NCBI GenBank assembly: GCA_041178425.1
Contig: JBEGVH010000031.1
Location: 64,001 to 128,000, forward strand
Source of the DNA: Pseudomonadota bacterium
Lineage (GTDB): Bacteria; Bdellovibrionota; Bdellovibrionia; Bdellovibrionales; Bdellovibrionaceae
Direction: 5' to 3'
Length of the DNA stretch: 64,000 nt
The translations under genes were made by a program, and so were the position numbers. The notes under the pieces were generated by a model that was given only the letters and a program-made list of their open reading frames with translations, was not told the DNA's origin and ran no database searches. Of the stretch, positions 63,801 through 64,000 are shown one piece after another (position 1 is the stretch's first letter; each line of letters opens with the position of its first letter).

Positions 63801-63864
63801 TGGTCAGTCATAATCTCAAATTCAGTTCGAGTAAAGTCGCCAAATTGATTTTGAAATAAGGGCA

Positions 63865-64000
63865 TCAGAGGGATTTGGTGGCCTGAATTGTGGCCTCAGA
63901 AACCTCTGCCCGTTCAAAGTAAGGACTTGCGGAACTTGTGAGGTTAACCTTAATGAACAAATACTGGCCCGTTATGCCCGTTAACGCTTGAACCTGAGAT
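63865..64000 (-). CDS. 3' end of an unidentified gene entering from the right edge
   Basis: Open frame ...SQVQALTGITGQYLFIKVNLTSSASPYFERAEVSEATIQATKSL* ending at TGA 63865. Confidence 0.45.
   Translation of the reverse strand, partial: SQVQALTGITGQYLFIKVNLTSSASPYFERAEVSEATIQATKSL

Overview
This window looks like the replication-origin region of a Bdellovibrionota (Bdellovibrio-like) chromosome; the taxon is inferred from gene order and protein character. Left arm: sdhA (partial)/sdhC, etfBA, an acyltransferase-like gene, three parvulin PPIases, pdxA, PMM/PGM, atpE-atpB-atpZ, a TPR lipoprotein, and gyrA-gyrB-recF-dnaN-[oriC]-dnaA. Right arm: rpmH-rnpA-yidD-yidC-jag-mnmE-mnmG-rsmG, two perfect parS sites bracketing a lipoprotein gene, parA-parB-bactofilin, atpF'FHAGDC, mfd, nuoAHJKLMN, a patatin, a small HTH/coiled-coil gene, an S8 protease, an acyl-CoA carboxylase, tatC/tatB, a large Ig-repeat surface lipoprotein and a SprT/DUF2786 protein. 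I saw no rRNA, tRNA, CRISPR array or mobile element. The most striking unexplained structure is the 49210-49552 intergenic region. It holds about 17 copies of a 10-bp palindrome (TGRNTANYCA), 11 of them packed at about 10.7-bp (helical) spacing. Two co-oriented DnaA-box clusters and an AT-rich gap are interleaved with them. The region lies directly upstream of a small Xis/MerR-like HTH plus coiled-coil gene, about 30 kb from oriC, and is a candidate undescribed centromere-like or DnaA-regulatory nucleoprotein system.
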